The notes under the pieces: model-generated
Databases searched by the model: none
What the model saw: the letters and a program-made list of their open reading frames with translations, nothing else
What the model was told of the DNA's origin: nothing
Shown: one piece after another, positions 32,584 to 50,621 of the stretch
How the letters are laid out: every line of letters begins with the position of its first letter
Numbering within the stretch: position 1 is the stretch's first letter
Made by a program: the position numbers and the translations under genes
Assembly: GCF_009914755.1 (NCBI RefSeq)
Contig: NC_060932.1
From: the human T2T-CHM13v2.0 reference genome, Homo sapiens
Length of the DNA: 64,000 nucleotides
Direction: 5' to 3' (one strand)

Positions 32584-33552
32584 GATTTACAAACTCCATG
32601 CACTCTGAGCAGCGTCTGGTTTTCTCATCATTACTGACAGCGTCATGTTGCCTGGACCCAGTGGTCCTCCTGTACCCCATGGTGGCCACCATAAGCTGAG
32701 AACAGCAGAGACTCGGAGCAAACTCCATCACAGGGGAAGGACAGGGAATGAAGCAGGTGACTGCGGCGGCCAATCTTTGGCTCTTTTTTCCTAAGTCCTC
32801 ACACTGTATGATTCACGCAAATAACCAGTGACCTTTTCAAATAGGATTTTAAATGATAAACAGAAGTGCTTGTAGCCATAGCAGATAGAGGGCAAAGAAA
32901 TGAAAACCTCGTCATTTTCCTTCTTTAAATCTCCAGCATTATTATCTAGTGCCTGAATTAAATCCTTGTGATACACTTGCACATTTTGGCAGTAAATACT
33001 CATCTTAGGGGTTTTAAAAGATCAACAAACACATTTTAAAAATTCTTGTCCAGCCAGAGCTTGCTAAGGACAGGAAAGCAAGGTTATCTGGGCTTGGGGA
33101 CTTTAATTAACAGTACTTATGGGGAGGTAGATAGGCATTAAATCTGTGGTTCTTGCAAAAGTAGCAAAAGTTAGTGTAATGGAATTGTTCCAGCACATCT
33201 AATAACAGAAGGGTGGTTGTATTTATTGAACACCTAGTATGTGACTGGCCCTTGGCCTACAATGGCTAACATTTCCCAGCTATGTAGATGTGCACTGTTT
33301 CAGACACTTGATGTGGATTAAGCCATTCAATCTTCCAAACAATCTATTAGTAGGTGACTTATCATCTCTCCATATTTACACAAGCACAAAGAGGTGAAGT
33401 CACTTGTTCCAGGGCACACAGCTAGTAGGCAGCAAAGTCAGTCACCCAAACTTAGGTCACCAGGCTCCGGAGTGATGCCAACGTGCCACACCAATAGATA
33501 CTACCTAAGTTGTCTCACTGCACCTTCACTAGAGACCTTTCGAGTCACATAC

Positions 33553-34428
<876 letters not shown>

Positions 34429-35344
34429 CATACCATCATCTCGGAGGCCATCGAAAGGTGAAGGGCCTGTCCCAGGTCCTATGGCCAGCTGTGAGTCTGA
34501 GTCCGCACAGGGTTGGTCCAGGCCCGAGCCTGTTTCTCCAGTACGTCATGAGACCAACCAAACTGAGGGTCGGGAGGAGACAGGGAGAACACCCATCTGA
34601 CCCTCTCACACTCAGAAAGCCCTTTGCAAAACCAGCTGGGTTTTTTAGTTTATCATTCAAAGTTATAGGATAGGAAAGTTATATCTTGAATACAGCACTG
34701 GGTTTAAGAACATCTTTGAAACAACATTAAAAGAAAAGGGTAGAGGAGCTAAGTGTAAAATTCACATGTGATTCCTTAAGATCAAACCTGACAATCCAGT
34801 CTCTGGGAGGGTCCGGATTAGAGGGGAGGAAGGGGCCTGATGGCTTCCATAGAAGGAAGCTGGAGGGTCTCACCTGGGGTCTCACTGGGACTGACGAAGA
34901 CCAGGTGGTTGGCTGAACATGTCTCTCAAGACACAATGGGCCCAGTGTCCTCAGAGAACACGGTCATCAATGTCAGTGGAAAGAATAAAGATCAGAGGAG
35001 AGGCACAGGATGAGGGGACACCCCTCTGGAGTGCTACCCCCACCCCAGCCCTGCTGAAGAGCTCCCCCAGGCCCAGATGCCTCGGCCTTCACTCGTGACT
35101 TTGCCCCTGTCTGCAGCAGCGCCCACTCTCGCCTCTTCTCCTGAGAACTAAAGACCTACCGAGATCCAAGGAGATTCCAGTACATCTTCTGTGAGCACTC
35201 ATCACTGCTGGGGCATTACACTTACATCACTTTTCAGGACTTTTCCTCTTCTCTAGTTTTTTGTTTTTCTTTCATTTAATTTTGGAGTACGGAAGGCCTC
35301 CCATATTTATATAGAAGAAAAGACTGAACACATAAGAAATGTGA

Positions 35345-35828
<484 letters not shown>

Positions 35829-37358
35829 CTAAATGGCAAACCAGGAAGCGTATTTTCAGCCCATGTCGGGCACCTGGCTAATATCCATAATAAACACAAA
35901 GAGCTCTTGCAAAAACGATCATCACAAATGCACACAACACAAATTTTTTAAAATAGTAGATAAAAGGCAAATCAATATTGAAGAAATGCACACAACCAAT
36001 AGGCTACAAAGAGTAGTTTTACTTCACTAATAATCAAAGTGACACAGACAACAAAGGTATGTCCTTTCTTACTCATGGGGATCTAAGATTAACACCAATG
36101 ACCCATCCCTAGTTCATTCTTCATAGGACCATTTCCCACCCAGTACAGCAAGCTCCCTGGCCACAGGCATTGGGTACTATTCATTTTGGCTTTAGGATCA
36201 CTGCAGGAGCTCAGAATGGACCAGTGTCACAGCTATTTGCTCCCCGTCATATCTCCAGCAAGGAGCCTGGGGTGAGGGCTCCTTCCATGCCATGGAAGAG
36301 AATGGAACAGGCAGGAATCAAGAGGGTGAGGGTGGGCTGGGGTTGCCCTGCTCCCAAAGGATTCTGTGCTCCCATCTTACAGCCGCCAGTCCTTTCCTGG
36401 GGAGCACCTCTCCTCCACCGCATGCTCTCCTAGTGGGATGGTAAATGCACAGGCTGCCCTCCCACGACAGAAGCAAGGGCTCCCTAGAAGCTCCTCGTAC
36501 TCCCGCATTCTCAGGCAATGAGATTCCATCCTGGGCCTTGACTTCTGAGCAAATGAGCAAGGCTACAAGGAAGGAGGTGTTCTGCAATCCTGGGGCACTA
36601 GGTGGGGAGGGTCAGGGTTCAGACATCACATGGGTCTGCCCGCTAAGACCCTCGAGATCTCCTGGGTTCCTGGTTTTTCCCATCCAGGGTTCTAGGCCTT
36701 CAATTCAATCCTGTGGGGGTACTCACAGCTTCCAAGGCAGGAGGGAAGCAACACCACACATTGCCATGTGCCGTCCTCCGATGGCCCCCCGCTCCCCCAG
36801 CAGATGCCAAGCCCTCTGGGAAGTCCATCTCCCTCTTGCTGCCCAGACAAACCCTACTCATATTTCACAGCCCAGATGACCTGCCCCTCCCTTCCTGATG
36901 ATGTCTTTGGGGTGATCCAACTCCCCCACCCTCTGCCAGCTTCTTCATTTTCTGGACCTCTCTGCTCTCCCATCATGGTCCTGGCCTTAGTGGAAAGGCC
37001 TGCCTCCGAGGACGAGGTCCTCACTGCCATCTTGCAAGAGAGCTCGCTCCCATGCCACGCCAGGCAGCAGGCCTCCTGGGCCCACACCCTGCTCCTGGCA
37101 AGACTTCAGCCCCCTTCTGCTTTGTCCTACTGCTTTCTCCCTTACTCTGTTTCAGTCATGTCAGCTCCTGATATAGTCTGGATATTTGTCCCCTCCAAAT
37201 CTCACCTTAAAATGTGATCCCCAGTGTTGGAAGTGGGGCCCTGTGGGAGGCATCTGGGTCATGGGGAGCAAATCTCTCATGAACGGCTTGATGTTGTCCT
37301 CCGGGTAAGGAGTGAGTGCTCACTCTACTAGTTCTCAAGGGTTCTCATTGTTTAAAAG

Positions 37359-37597
37359 AGCCCCTACGAATGAGGTTTTGACCCAGTAGGCTCTGGCCAC
37401 CTCCCCTTTTCCATAAAGTTTTTTCTAGAAGTCATGACATTTCTCCTCTTTGATGGAGAAATCTTCTTACTATTACCCTTACCGTGAGTTTTCCAGACAA
37501 GCAACCTAAAATTAATAATTAGCACAGCTCTCATACTAATTATTATTTTAATCCTAGGCCTAGCCTATGAGTAAGCCCAAAAGAGGTTAGAATGAAT
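37359..37597 (+). pseudogene. MT-ND3: NUMT: mitochondrial ND3 pseudogene (3' two-thirds)
   Basis: Vertebrate mitochondrial code translation [77 protein letters not shown] aligns to ND3 (PYECGFDP...PFSMKFFL...TFLLFD.EI.LLLPLPW...LAYEW.QKGL.W); in-frame stops. Confidence 0.95.
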
Positions 37598-37663
37598 TGG
37601 TACTCAGTTAAACCAAAACAAATGATTTCAACTCAGTAGATTGTGATAAATCATAATTACCAA
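37598..37663 (+). pseudogene. MT-TR: NUMT: mt-tRNA-Arg pseudogene
   Basis: tggtactcagttaaaccaaaacaaatgatttcaactcagtagattgtgataaatcataattaccaa lies between ND3 and ND4L as in mtDNA gene order; anticodon reads TCA instead of TCG. Confidence 0.92.
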
Positions 37664-38101
<438 letters not shown>

Positions 38102-39116
38102 CCCTCTCTCTTGTTCCCTCTCCCTCCATGGGGCATGCCAGCTCCCCTTCTTCTTCTGCCACAACTTGAAGCTTCCTGAGGTCCTCACAAAAAGCAGATG
38201 CCAGTGCTATGCTTTTTGTACAGCCTGCAGAATTGTGAGCCAAATAAACTTCACTTCTTTATAAATTACTCACCCTCATGCATTCCTTTACAGCAATGCA
38301 GAGAACAGACTAATACACTCCCCATCCATTCTTGGGGAATCAAGCTCATTCCTGCCCCTGGGCCTTTGCACTTGCTGAATTTTCTGGCTCCCTCCTATCA
38401 TTCCTGTCCCAGCTCAAATGTCATCCTTCAAGGAGGAGGAATATAAGGCCAAAACCAGTTTACATTTCTTTAGCTGTTTTCTTGGCAATTTAGATCCATC
38501 CATTCAACCAGAGTCTCACAATAGCTCTGTGAGGCTGGCAGGGCAGCAATTATAAAAGTGGCCAGCCCAATGTCACAGCTAAAACACTGCAAGCTGGAAC
38601 TGCTTACAACCCTCATAACTCTAAGCCCAGGTTTGTTTCCTAAGTCATGTGCCCGATCACAAAGAAGAATCAACATCCCTCACTGATTATGAGATTTGAT
38701 AGGCAGGCTCTCTAAGAACACCAGGTCAAGGGCAAAAGGAATGTCGTCAAATCAGACTCCAGGCATCCAGCTGGAGGGACCCTCCAGAAAGAGATAGAGT
38801 TGATCTCTGTACCTTCAGGGTGAACATATTAGTTCAGCAAATACACAAACCACTTTCTCTGAGCAGAAGTGACACCTTGGCAGCTTCCTGCCCACTGGCA
38901 TAAGAGCTGTTTTCCTGCTGATTGGCAGCAGGCTAGAATTTGCCCTGTGCCAAGTTCCTGGTTAGGACTTTATTGAAACCATTATGGGGACGTTTTCAGT
39001 AACACAGTGGCTGGACAGTCCCATGGATGAGGGCCAGCAAGCCCCAGTCCTTCTCTGGATTCTGCTGTTCCAAGCTATGTGACCTTGAGCAAGTCCCTGT
39101 CCCTTTACTCCTCTAA

Positions 39117-39950
<834 letters not shown>

Positions 39951-40559
39951 GGCTGAGTGTTCCAACGGTCACCTCTGCTCCTACTGTCCATGACTTGTCT
40001 GATATTCACATGCCAACAGATGCTGCCTGCCATCCCCTGGGGCAGTCAGTGGAGGGCTGACCAGCTTGAGGGTGGGTCCTGCAGGGCTGCCTTCCACTGT
40101 ACTGCTAAGGGAGAGGCCCTGCCTCTGCCAGGATTCCAATCCCCCAGTCAGAACAAAGATGACAGCCTCCAAAATGCACCAATCAGCCACCAGCCATGTG
40201 AAGCTCTCTGCTGCAGCTGCAGCCTCCTGTAATTACCTGCCCCGTGTAATAAAGTCCCCATTTAGAAATCTTAGAAAAGATCCTGCAAGGAGAACTTTTT
40301 CCTTGATAATTTCCTGATCAGAGAATTTCAGGGTTGGAAAAGACTTTTAAAAGGGCATCTAGAGCAACCCTTCATTTGATGCTTAAATCTTATCCAGCGA
40401 GACTGACACATACCAATTAGTCAAGGACTTCAGGTTTGCCCAGCACTGCTGGAAGCTGGGAATACAAAAATGCAGCAAACACAGCCCCACCCAGGAGGAC
40501 TCCCTAGGCTTGGAGGCTGGTCAGGTAAACATAGTGACAAGCAAGGACTGCAAGGACTC

Positions 40560-40765
40560 TAAAACCCAAAAGCTACATTTGCTCAGCAGTACTATGCGCC
40601 AAACACTTTGAATAAATTATCCCACCTAATTCTCAAGAAAAGTCTTCTAGGAGGTGCTATTTTTAATCCCCAGCTTGCAAGTAAGGATCTGAGGCTCAGA
40701 GAGATTAAGGCCCTTGGTTAAGGCCACAGAGCCTGTAGGTGCTGGAGCAGACTCTGATCCCAGCA
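40560..40765 (-). mobile_element. MIR
   Basis: 'ctgaggctcagagagattaagg...aaggccacagagc'. Confidence 0.75.
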
Positions 40766-40999
40766 GTGCAAGGCTCTGGAGGAGAATCTGTAAACACGAC
40801 CTCAGGCTGCTATTGACACGGGCAGCCCGTGGAGGGAAGAGAGGAGGCCTGAGATTAGAGCCCCTCGGAGGTGCAAACGTCTGTCTATGTTAAATTCTGA
40901 AGGGTAAGCAGAAGAGACATGGAGGTCAGGGTAGGGTAGGGAAAGGGAGGACAGAGGGGCCTGGTGAGGGCAGGCAGGGCAGGCATGAAGGTCTAGGGC

Positions 41000-41420
41000 C
41001 TCATTAGCAATCAGAAATGCAAATAAAAACAGAATAAGACATCTTTGACACCTACTAGCCTGGCAAAAATTAGAAGACACTGTGATGCCAAGAAGGCACA
41101 GTGATGCCAAGTGTTAGCAGGCATGTGCAGACACTCATGCCTCATGCCCTGTGAGTGAAAGTGTGGACTCATTAGCCACACTAGCTAATGGAGGTACAGG
41201 TGCAAGGACGTACCTGGAGGTACAGAGGCAGTTTACACACAGGCACACCCTAGGCCCCAGCAATTCCATTACTGGGTAAATACTAGAGCTGTGCAAGCTA
41301 CTGAGCAAATTCCAGAATGTTCTTATGTATGTTAAAGGAAGATAAATTATGGCTCACAAAGAATTTAAAATAGCATGGGGGAAATACTTTATTATAATGT
41401 CAAGCTGGCATGAGTCAGGA
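41000..41420 (+). mobile_element. Old L1 (L1ME-like) fragment
   Basis: 'ctcattagcaatcagaaatgcaaataaaaac...tggcaaaaattag...cccagcaattccattactgggta'. Confidence 0.7.
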
Positions 41421-41519
41421 AATAAATGGGATGACAGTAGTCACCTTATCCATAACAGAATTACCTGGGAAGTGTCCGAGAGATACATGCCAGGCACACA
41501 TTAAGAACTCAGTAAAGGA

Positions 41520-41862
<343 letters not shown>

Positions 41863-42519
41863 TTACTTACAAGCATCATATTTTGGGACCTCTGTGCAGG
41901 TCTTTACAATCTTCCCCACTCATCATTCTTTCAGCCCACGCATATTTACTGAGCAGCTGCAATGGGCCAGGTAACGTTTGTGGGGGCTAAGTCTACAGCA
42001 GGGAACAAAACAGATGAAGGGAGCTGAAATTCTAGGGGAGGCAGAGACTATGCAAAGAAATGAGTGTGTAGAGGTCAGCTGATAGGGAGGAACATAGAGA
42101 GGCTGGAGCCGGGGACAACTCGCAGCGGGGTGTGGTGTGCACAACACCTGCCCACACGCTGCTTGGTATATATTCCGTGGTGAATTCCATCTTGCTGGAG
42201 GCAGCCCCCTCTTCTGGCACCACAGAAGTTTCTGCGTCTTGACACTTCTGCCTTCAAAATGCTCCTAGTTGTTCCACTTTCAACTGAAACAATTTAGATC
42301 ATCAGGACTCCTAGAGCTTCTCACAAGTCACTGTGAAAAGCTGTTGGGTATGGGCCCACCTAGGACCTTTCCTGAGCCAGGAGCTCATGGGTTTGGACCC
42401 CTGTTCAGCAGAAACATGAATCCCCTGCAGGGAAGCAGGGTCTCTGGCAGCCCACCCCACCATAGCCTCCAGTCTAGAACAAAAGGACATTTGCTTGAGG
42501 TATCAAAAGCCTCAAAAAG

Positions 42520-43850
<1,331 letters not shown>

Positions 43851-45619
43851 TCTGAATGAAACTTCCAAACTTCCAAACAAAACAAAACAAAAACCTTAAA
43901 AATGGTGGTGCCTTTATAATCTTCTCCAGCAGCCCAACTCTGGGCAGAAAGCCTCCCAGAAGTCTTTGACGTGAGCACTCCCAAGAGCTATATAGAATGG
44001 GGAAGCCATCTAAGATTTAAAATTCTATTCCTAGAAGCTTATACCCAAAGCAGAGAAAAAGTAGGAAGCAATATAGAAAGCTAGCAGGAAGGAAAGTTCA
44101 GAGGATGTGGAAAAACGCAGACCCAGCAACATTTTTTAAAAATCTAAAAAAAATTGCAAATGGCTTCCCTGGAATGGTGGCTCAGGACACTGCCCCTAGA
44201 TGCTGAGGCTCTCCAGGCACAGAAGGTTCCCTGCTTTAATTCAAAGCCCCATCACAGGCACAGTGTGGTTTGATCTCTACCCCTCTGGAGATGTGTTGCA
44301 ATTCCAAGTCATAGCTGAGGGTCTGAGGCTCAGAGAGGTCAACTGACTTGCCTGAGGCCACACAGCCTGTGTGGGGCAGAGCAGTAAGTGGGACCTTAAG
44401 CCTTCTGATCTGACTCTCAGAGTACTTTACCCTGTACCCCAGCTGGTCCAGGGTGCTGAGGCGCTGGCACAGAAAAGCCTACGTTCATATCCAGCAGAGT
44501 CACCTGGTGGCCGCAGGGTCTTGCTAGTTAACCCCTGAGATCCTGGGTTTCATCCAAAAACTGAAGACAAACATAACACTGGCCTAAGGGGCACAGTGTT
44601 AAGCACGTGACACTCCACAAGCACACACTAAATGGACACACTAATTACTGTCGTTATTTTGCCACCACTATCCTCCCTGGAGTACAATCCTTCTCTGGCC
44701 TCCTGGTGTGCTCCCAACACCCTCACCAGGCGAGGGAAGGGGCTCATCTCACTGTCTCTGTCCCTAGAGCCTAGGGCAGAGAAGGTGCTAAGAAAATGAG
44801 CACTGTGGGGAAGAGACAGGGATGAAATCTCTCAAGAAGAGACAGCCTTGCTGGGGGAGACATTCAGCACGGTGTTTCTAAACTTCATGGAGTTTCTGGA
44901 CAACTGTGCTCAATTCACTTCTAATTTCAAACAGATGGGGCTGCGCTCTGTCACTCCCACCTGGCCCAGGGCCCTGGCGAGCAGCAAGGGGCCTCTCCCT
45001 TCTGCCCTGCTGAGAGGGGAGTTGCGTGGCTTCTGGGAGCAGGGGAAGTGGGTCCTAACTCTTCTGTGGGGGGTTGCTAATCTCCCAAACACCACAGAGA
45101 ACATGGGAGACTGGAGGGTCCAGGTCTCAATTCACAGACACTGCCACACCCCCATGCACACCTCTGTCCTAGCACAAGTCACAAAGGTGTGCAGCTGTTG
45201 CTTAGAAGCAGTACAGAGATTCCACAGCCAAACCACCTGAGCCTCAATCTGGCTCTGCCCACTTTGCTGGGCACCCTCAGGCAAGTAACTCAACCTCCCT
45301 GTGCCTTCATTTCCTCCTCTGTAAAGTGAAGATGGTGATGCTTAAAGTGGCAGCTACTTCAAAGGGGCACTGGAAGGATGCATCAGGAGTTCCTGCAGAG
45401 CATTTAGAAGGGTCTTATTGCAGATGGAATGGCCACTTGTCCTGCTCTGTGACAAAGCAAAGTCGACTCTCATGGGACTCTCAGGACCTCCCTGGAGGCC
45501 TGCAAGAGGTCAGCACCATTCCTAGGTACCAGATTTATGACCAATTGAGAAATGTCTGTTGAGCTTCTTGCTGGAGAACAAGTACAAACGGACTGGCAGA
45601 AGGCTGGGTATGGGAGCCA

Positions 45620-45955
45620 CAAGGGTCTCTATCCCTCGTCCTCGTCTCTCGAAGTGGGAGTGTATTTTTTCACCCACTGGATGTTGTGACATGCTTTAGC
45701 CAATGGAATGTGGGAAGAAGTGTCAAGATGCCAGTTCAGAACCATAATCATAAGAGCTTTGTGTCCTTCGGGGAGCTTCTGACCTCCATTATGAGAAAAA
45801 CATGCTTCAGGCAGCCTGTGACCCTCCAGTCAGGGCCAACTCAACTCAAAGACTAAGCCAGAACCACCACATGTGACCCACAGACCTATGAAATCTGAAT
45901 GAATGCTCTTATGCCATTTCATGGTTTTGTTACACAGCAAAAACTGACTGATACA
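45620..45955 (+). mobile_element. Old MaLR LTR (MLT1H/I/J-like)
   Basis: 'tgtgacatgctttagccaatggaatgtgg...ttgttacacagcaaaaactgactgataca'. Confidence 0.75.
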
Positions 45956-46267
45956 CTCTCTCTGCTCAATTGCTCCTATACCTTGACTCTCGCTGGCCCT
46001 GTCAGCTCAAGCAAAGCCTGGAACAATAATTAAAAAACCTACCTCTTAAGCTTTTAATGAAGACTGAATGAGCTATTATTACCCCAATTTTTCAGATGAA
46101 AATGTGAAACACAAAGGAGTTAAGAACTTGTGCAAGGTCTCCCAGCTAGAAAGTGGTAGAGCCAGGACACAAACCCAGGCATTGTCCCCTAGAGACAGAG
46201 CTCTCAACAACCAGGCAACACTACAGCCCCAGGTGAGACCAGCATTTTGCAGGTGAGCAGATCCTGA

Positions 46268-47958
46268 TGTCACAGGATCCTTGGGTGTCACTTTGCCAGC
46301 CAGACACCTCTGTGGCCAGCAGCGCCTTCTACCTGAGTATTGCTCATGCCTGCTGGGCTCATGTCACCCACTTGGCCCAATAGGTTGTGCTCAGCTTATG
46401 CTACCAGCCTAGATCACACACCTGCTAAGGGCAAGCCAGGCGTGAAGCAGCAAGGGGTGTGTGGGTGAGCTAGCACAGGGTCCAGCCACTGTGCACAGCC
46501 AGGTACGCTGGTTGCTGCGACAGGATGGACAGCTCCGGGCACTGGCACAGGTGCCAGCTCCATGTGAGTCTGTGGCTGGACCAGATGTACCACACATGGC
46601 TTCTGCTGCAGGCACCCATTTCTGGACCCATGTCTGGATGAAGAAGCAAGACAGCTGCCACATTCCTAAGTAACACATCTAGAAATGTTCTAGGAGAACA
46701 CGGTGGCACCCGGAAGCTTGGAGACACCAGGAACTGTGCAGTCCCAAAGAAGGTGTCACAGCCCTGGCTTGGGGAGCCCCTAGATCTGGGCTTCCCAACG
46801 GGCCACAGCTCTTCTCTCCTTCTTGTCACCTGCAACGTGGTGAATGGAGGGAGGAGGGTGTGTTTCAGCCCTGTTTGTGTTACAGCTCTTTCAGTCCCAC
46901 CATTCAGCGGGTCCTGAGTTCTTGTACCATGTCCAGGAAGAATGAGGTATGCAGACAACTGGAGGGTGAGCAAGGCAGAGAGGAGCCTCACTGAGTGACA
47001 GAACAGCTTTCAGGAGACCTGCAGTGGGTAGCTCGTTTCCACAGGCAGGTCGTCCCAGTGAATGTCAAGCTTTCAGCAGAGAAGACACATAGTGGGTAGC
47101 TCCTTTCTGCAGTTAGGTCATCCCAAAGAGTCAAGGAGACCCAGAGTGGGTAGCTCCTTCCTGCAGCTGGTAGTCCTGACACCTACATGTCTGGCTGAGT
47201 CCAGGGTTTTTATGGGCTCAGAAGGGAGGAAGTGTGTGCTGATTGGTCCATGGATGGCCATGGATGGGCTTGGATAAAGCACCATAAGTTCTTCCTCTAG
47301 GCCATGGACTCCCCCTGGAACTGGCAGCCTGGCCCCCAGGCTTCAGGCTGTCCCTGGGTTGAAGGTGGTGTTTCACCTGGGACCTGCCCCTTTCTGCCCA
47401 GGAGCCTGTCTGCCTCCTGCTACCATCAACATGGCATCCACAGCACCCAGGCTGTGCATGCTGAGGGACGCCTGCAGGCCTGCACTGAGCTGCCCTCAGT
47501 CTCCTCTTGGCTTCCCTCCTGTGCCTGTCGGTGACCAAAGTCTGGAGGGGGCCAAGATGACAGGGGTCTGGCATGTCAACACCACCCAGAGTACATACAC
47601 ACCCAGCTGGGTTGCGACAGCACCCAGGCTCAGTTTCAACTTTGCTCCAAAAATCAGAGTGGACACTGGGAGTGGTGAGATGCCAGGGAGCGGGAGCAGG
47701 CAATTACAAGCCTGCATGACAGGGGGGCTTCCTGGGTCCCCAAGAGCAGAGGGATGCCTGGGTCCAGAGCTGTGGCTAGGTAGCTGCAGCTGTGCCTGGG
47801 AGCTCAGGGCTCCTGCCCTGCCAACTTGATAGAAGGCAGGGTTCCCACCTGTTCCTGGTCCCTGCCAGCTCTGTGGAGCATGCAGCCCCAGCTATGCCTC
47901 CCCTGCTGCAGCTGGCATCCCCACAGCAGCTGCTCCAGATAGGCCACTGCTGCCATCA
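46268..47958 (-). mobile_element. MER52 (MER52A-like) ERV1 solo LTR, full length
   Basis: Termini tgtcacaggatcc... and ...gctgccatca match the recalled MER52 ends; 4-bp TSD ctga at 46264-46267 and 47959-47962. Confidence 0.9.
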
Positions 47959-49304
47959 CTGACAATTCTTTCAGCTCACAAAGGTAGCCATGAATTAGGA
48001 AAGTTGGGTCAGGCTCCAGGCAGCCTGCGTTCAGGCAAGCTCAAGAGCTGAGGATGCCCACCTTTGCAAACATGGCAACTCTACCCATCCCTGTGTCTCC
48101 TAGACACTAGAGCCCCCACCCTCTGCTATTATTCTACCATACTCATTCCCCAGCCAGAGTCTGGGACCTGGGCTCCTGCAGATAATTCTACATCAAAAAC
48201 AGGGGAAGTAGAAAAGTTCATGAAGGCTCCTAAGTCTCTCCAACCACCCAGGGCCACAAAATCCATGTAGAGGCCTCATGAAGGGTTTTGTCTAATCAAA
48301 TAGTTTGCTCCAACCAGCCAGCATCTTTCTTTTGATCTAGATGTCTGTCTCCATAGAAAAGGACATCTATTGAGGGTCAGGGACCTAATGGCTTGTGGGT
48401 TCCTGAGATACAATTATGTGTTACGGAGAAACAAAGAAAATTTTGAGACTTTTAGGCAACAGAGAAACCACTGCAAAACCCTGTAATTACAGGGCAAGAA
48501 GAAAAAAGTGAGCTGCCACAGTGCCTGGGGTAGAAATAGCCTGACGTTGCTTCCTGGATGGACCTAGAATGTTGCACAAGGTGACGTCAGAGTGGTTGCT
48601 TAGAAGAGAGGTCATTGGATGCAGTTTTCCAGCTGAGTACAGTGGGTGGGGTGCACTGTTGTTCCTGGGGCAGAGTGGGCGAGGGAGCTGTGGGGAGAGA
48701 TGAGGAAGCAGGACAGGAAACCACATTTGCTGAAGGCCAAGGGCTGTGACAGGCAGACACTGAGACATATCGCTGCACTCAGTTCTCAGAACAACTCAGC
48801 GAAGTCAGGCCTTGTACCCCTAGTCACTAGACAAGAAAACAGAGGGTCAGAGAGGTGAGGAGACTTGCCCAAGCTCACCTGATCCCTGACCTGACTGATT
48901 GAAGGCCCAGGGCACCCATCCATGCTAACTAAGGTGCAAGTTCGTACTGTCACTTCTTTGTGAAGGGGCTGCTCTTTAACAAAGGATAAAATGAGAGGTT
49001 GTTCTACTCTGAGGGGAGGGGAGGCAGAGAGAAAGAGGGGAGAGACTTGCCTCTGTTTGCCTACAGGTGCCAAGCCAAAAGAGGGGCTTGAGCTTGTGGA
49101 GAAAGCATTGAGTTGGAAATCGAATCACCCAGCTTCAAATTCTGCCTCTACTAATGCCATGTGGTCTGGGGCCAATTACTTTAGTTCTCTGTGCAACAGT
49201 GTCGGCATCGGGAGTAAAGGGGTTGAGGTGGTGGGGTGAGAAGTGTCCACTCTTGGTCCCTGCAAGTCTGAATCCTTTACACTGCATGTCAGCTTAGAAT
49301 AATG

Positions 49305-49490
49305 ACGGTTATGAGCAAGGAGCCTGGAATCAGATTGCCAGGTTCAAATCCCAACTTTGCCCTAAGCTACAGTGTGACGTCAGGCAAGCCACAGATCTGT
49401 GACTCAGTTTACCCTGTGTAAAATGAGGATAATGATAATATTCACAACCTAGGTTGTCATGACAATTAAATGACATCATGTGCGTGCAAC
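49305..49490 (+). mobile_element. MIR
   Basis: 'ctggaatcagattgccaggttcaaatccc...ctcagttt...gtaaaatgaggataat'. Confidence 0.85.
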
Positions 49491-49729
49491 CAAAATAGCA
49501 TTTGGCTCATCCTAGGCACGGGAGAACTATATGCCAGGACTCAGCCCATGGCTCACGCAGAGCTGGAGAAGATCTGGGGGAAGGAAAAACAGCTTGCTTG
49601 CTGGGCGGTCCCAGACTGCAAGGTCTCCACCTACCCCAGCTCGAATCATAACTCCTTGAAGTCAATCCAGATGGGCTCTGGCCACCCCAGGGGACTGAGC
49701 CCATTCCCATCGAGAGCTCATTAAAATTA

Positions 49730-50067
<338 letters not shown>

Positions 50068-50399
50068 CTATTTAGTTTCACTCCTAGGGCCCCCAGAGAC
50101 CACACCAAGCCCCTTGCCAGCATTTTGTGCCTGCAGGGAAGGAGCAGGACCTAGCCTAGATTGCTAAGCTCAGTACCTACAGAATTTCCATTCACTTGCT
50201 CATTGATTTATTCACATATCCTGCATGCCTGTCCTGTGTCAGGCACTGTGCTAGGCATTGAGGGCACAATCCTGACTGCAGGACAGTCTGTGCCCTGGAA
50301 GAGTCTCTGTCCAGTGATGGGAACACTAGTAATTAGCAATTAACAAGTACATTGAGCTATACAAGCTGTTTCCCTCTACAGCCTACACTGAGTCAAGAC

Positions 50400-50621
50400 C
50401 AGGGGTCATCGAATGACAGCCCACGGGCCAAACCTGGCCTTCCCACCTATTTTTGTAAATGAAGTTTTGTGGAACACAAATACATTCATTCATTTATGTT
50501 TTGTCTATGGCTGCTTTGTGCTACAACAGCAAATGTGAATAGTCATGAGAGATATGATTTGGCCCACAAAACCTAAAATAGTTACTGCCTGGCCCTTTAC
50601 AGAAAACATTTGCTGCCCCTG
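50400..50621 (+). mobile_element. MER58A hAT-Charlie
   Basis: cagggg...cccctg termini; 'tttttgtaaatgaagttttgtggaacac', 'ctggccctttacagaaaacatttgc'. Confidence 0.88.

Noticed and set aside
36324-36342. Isolated canonical G4 pattern (also 40929-40947 and 58024-58042)
   Set aside because: Frequency is unremarkable for GC-rich primate DNA.
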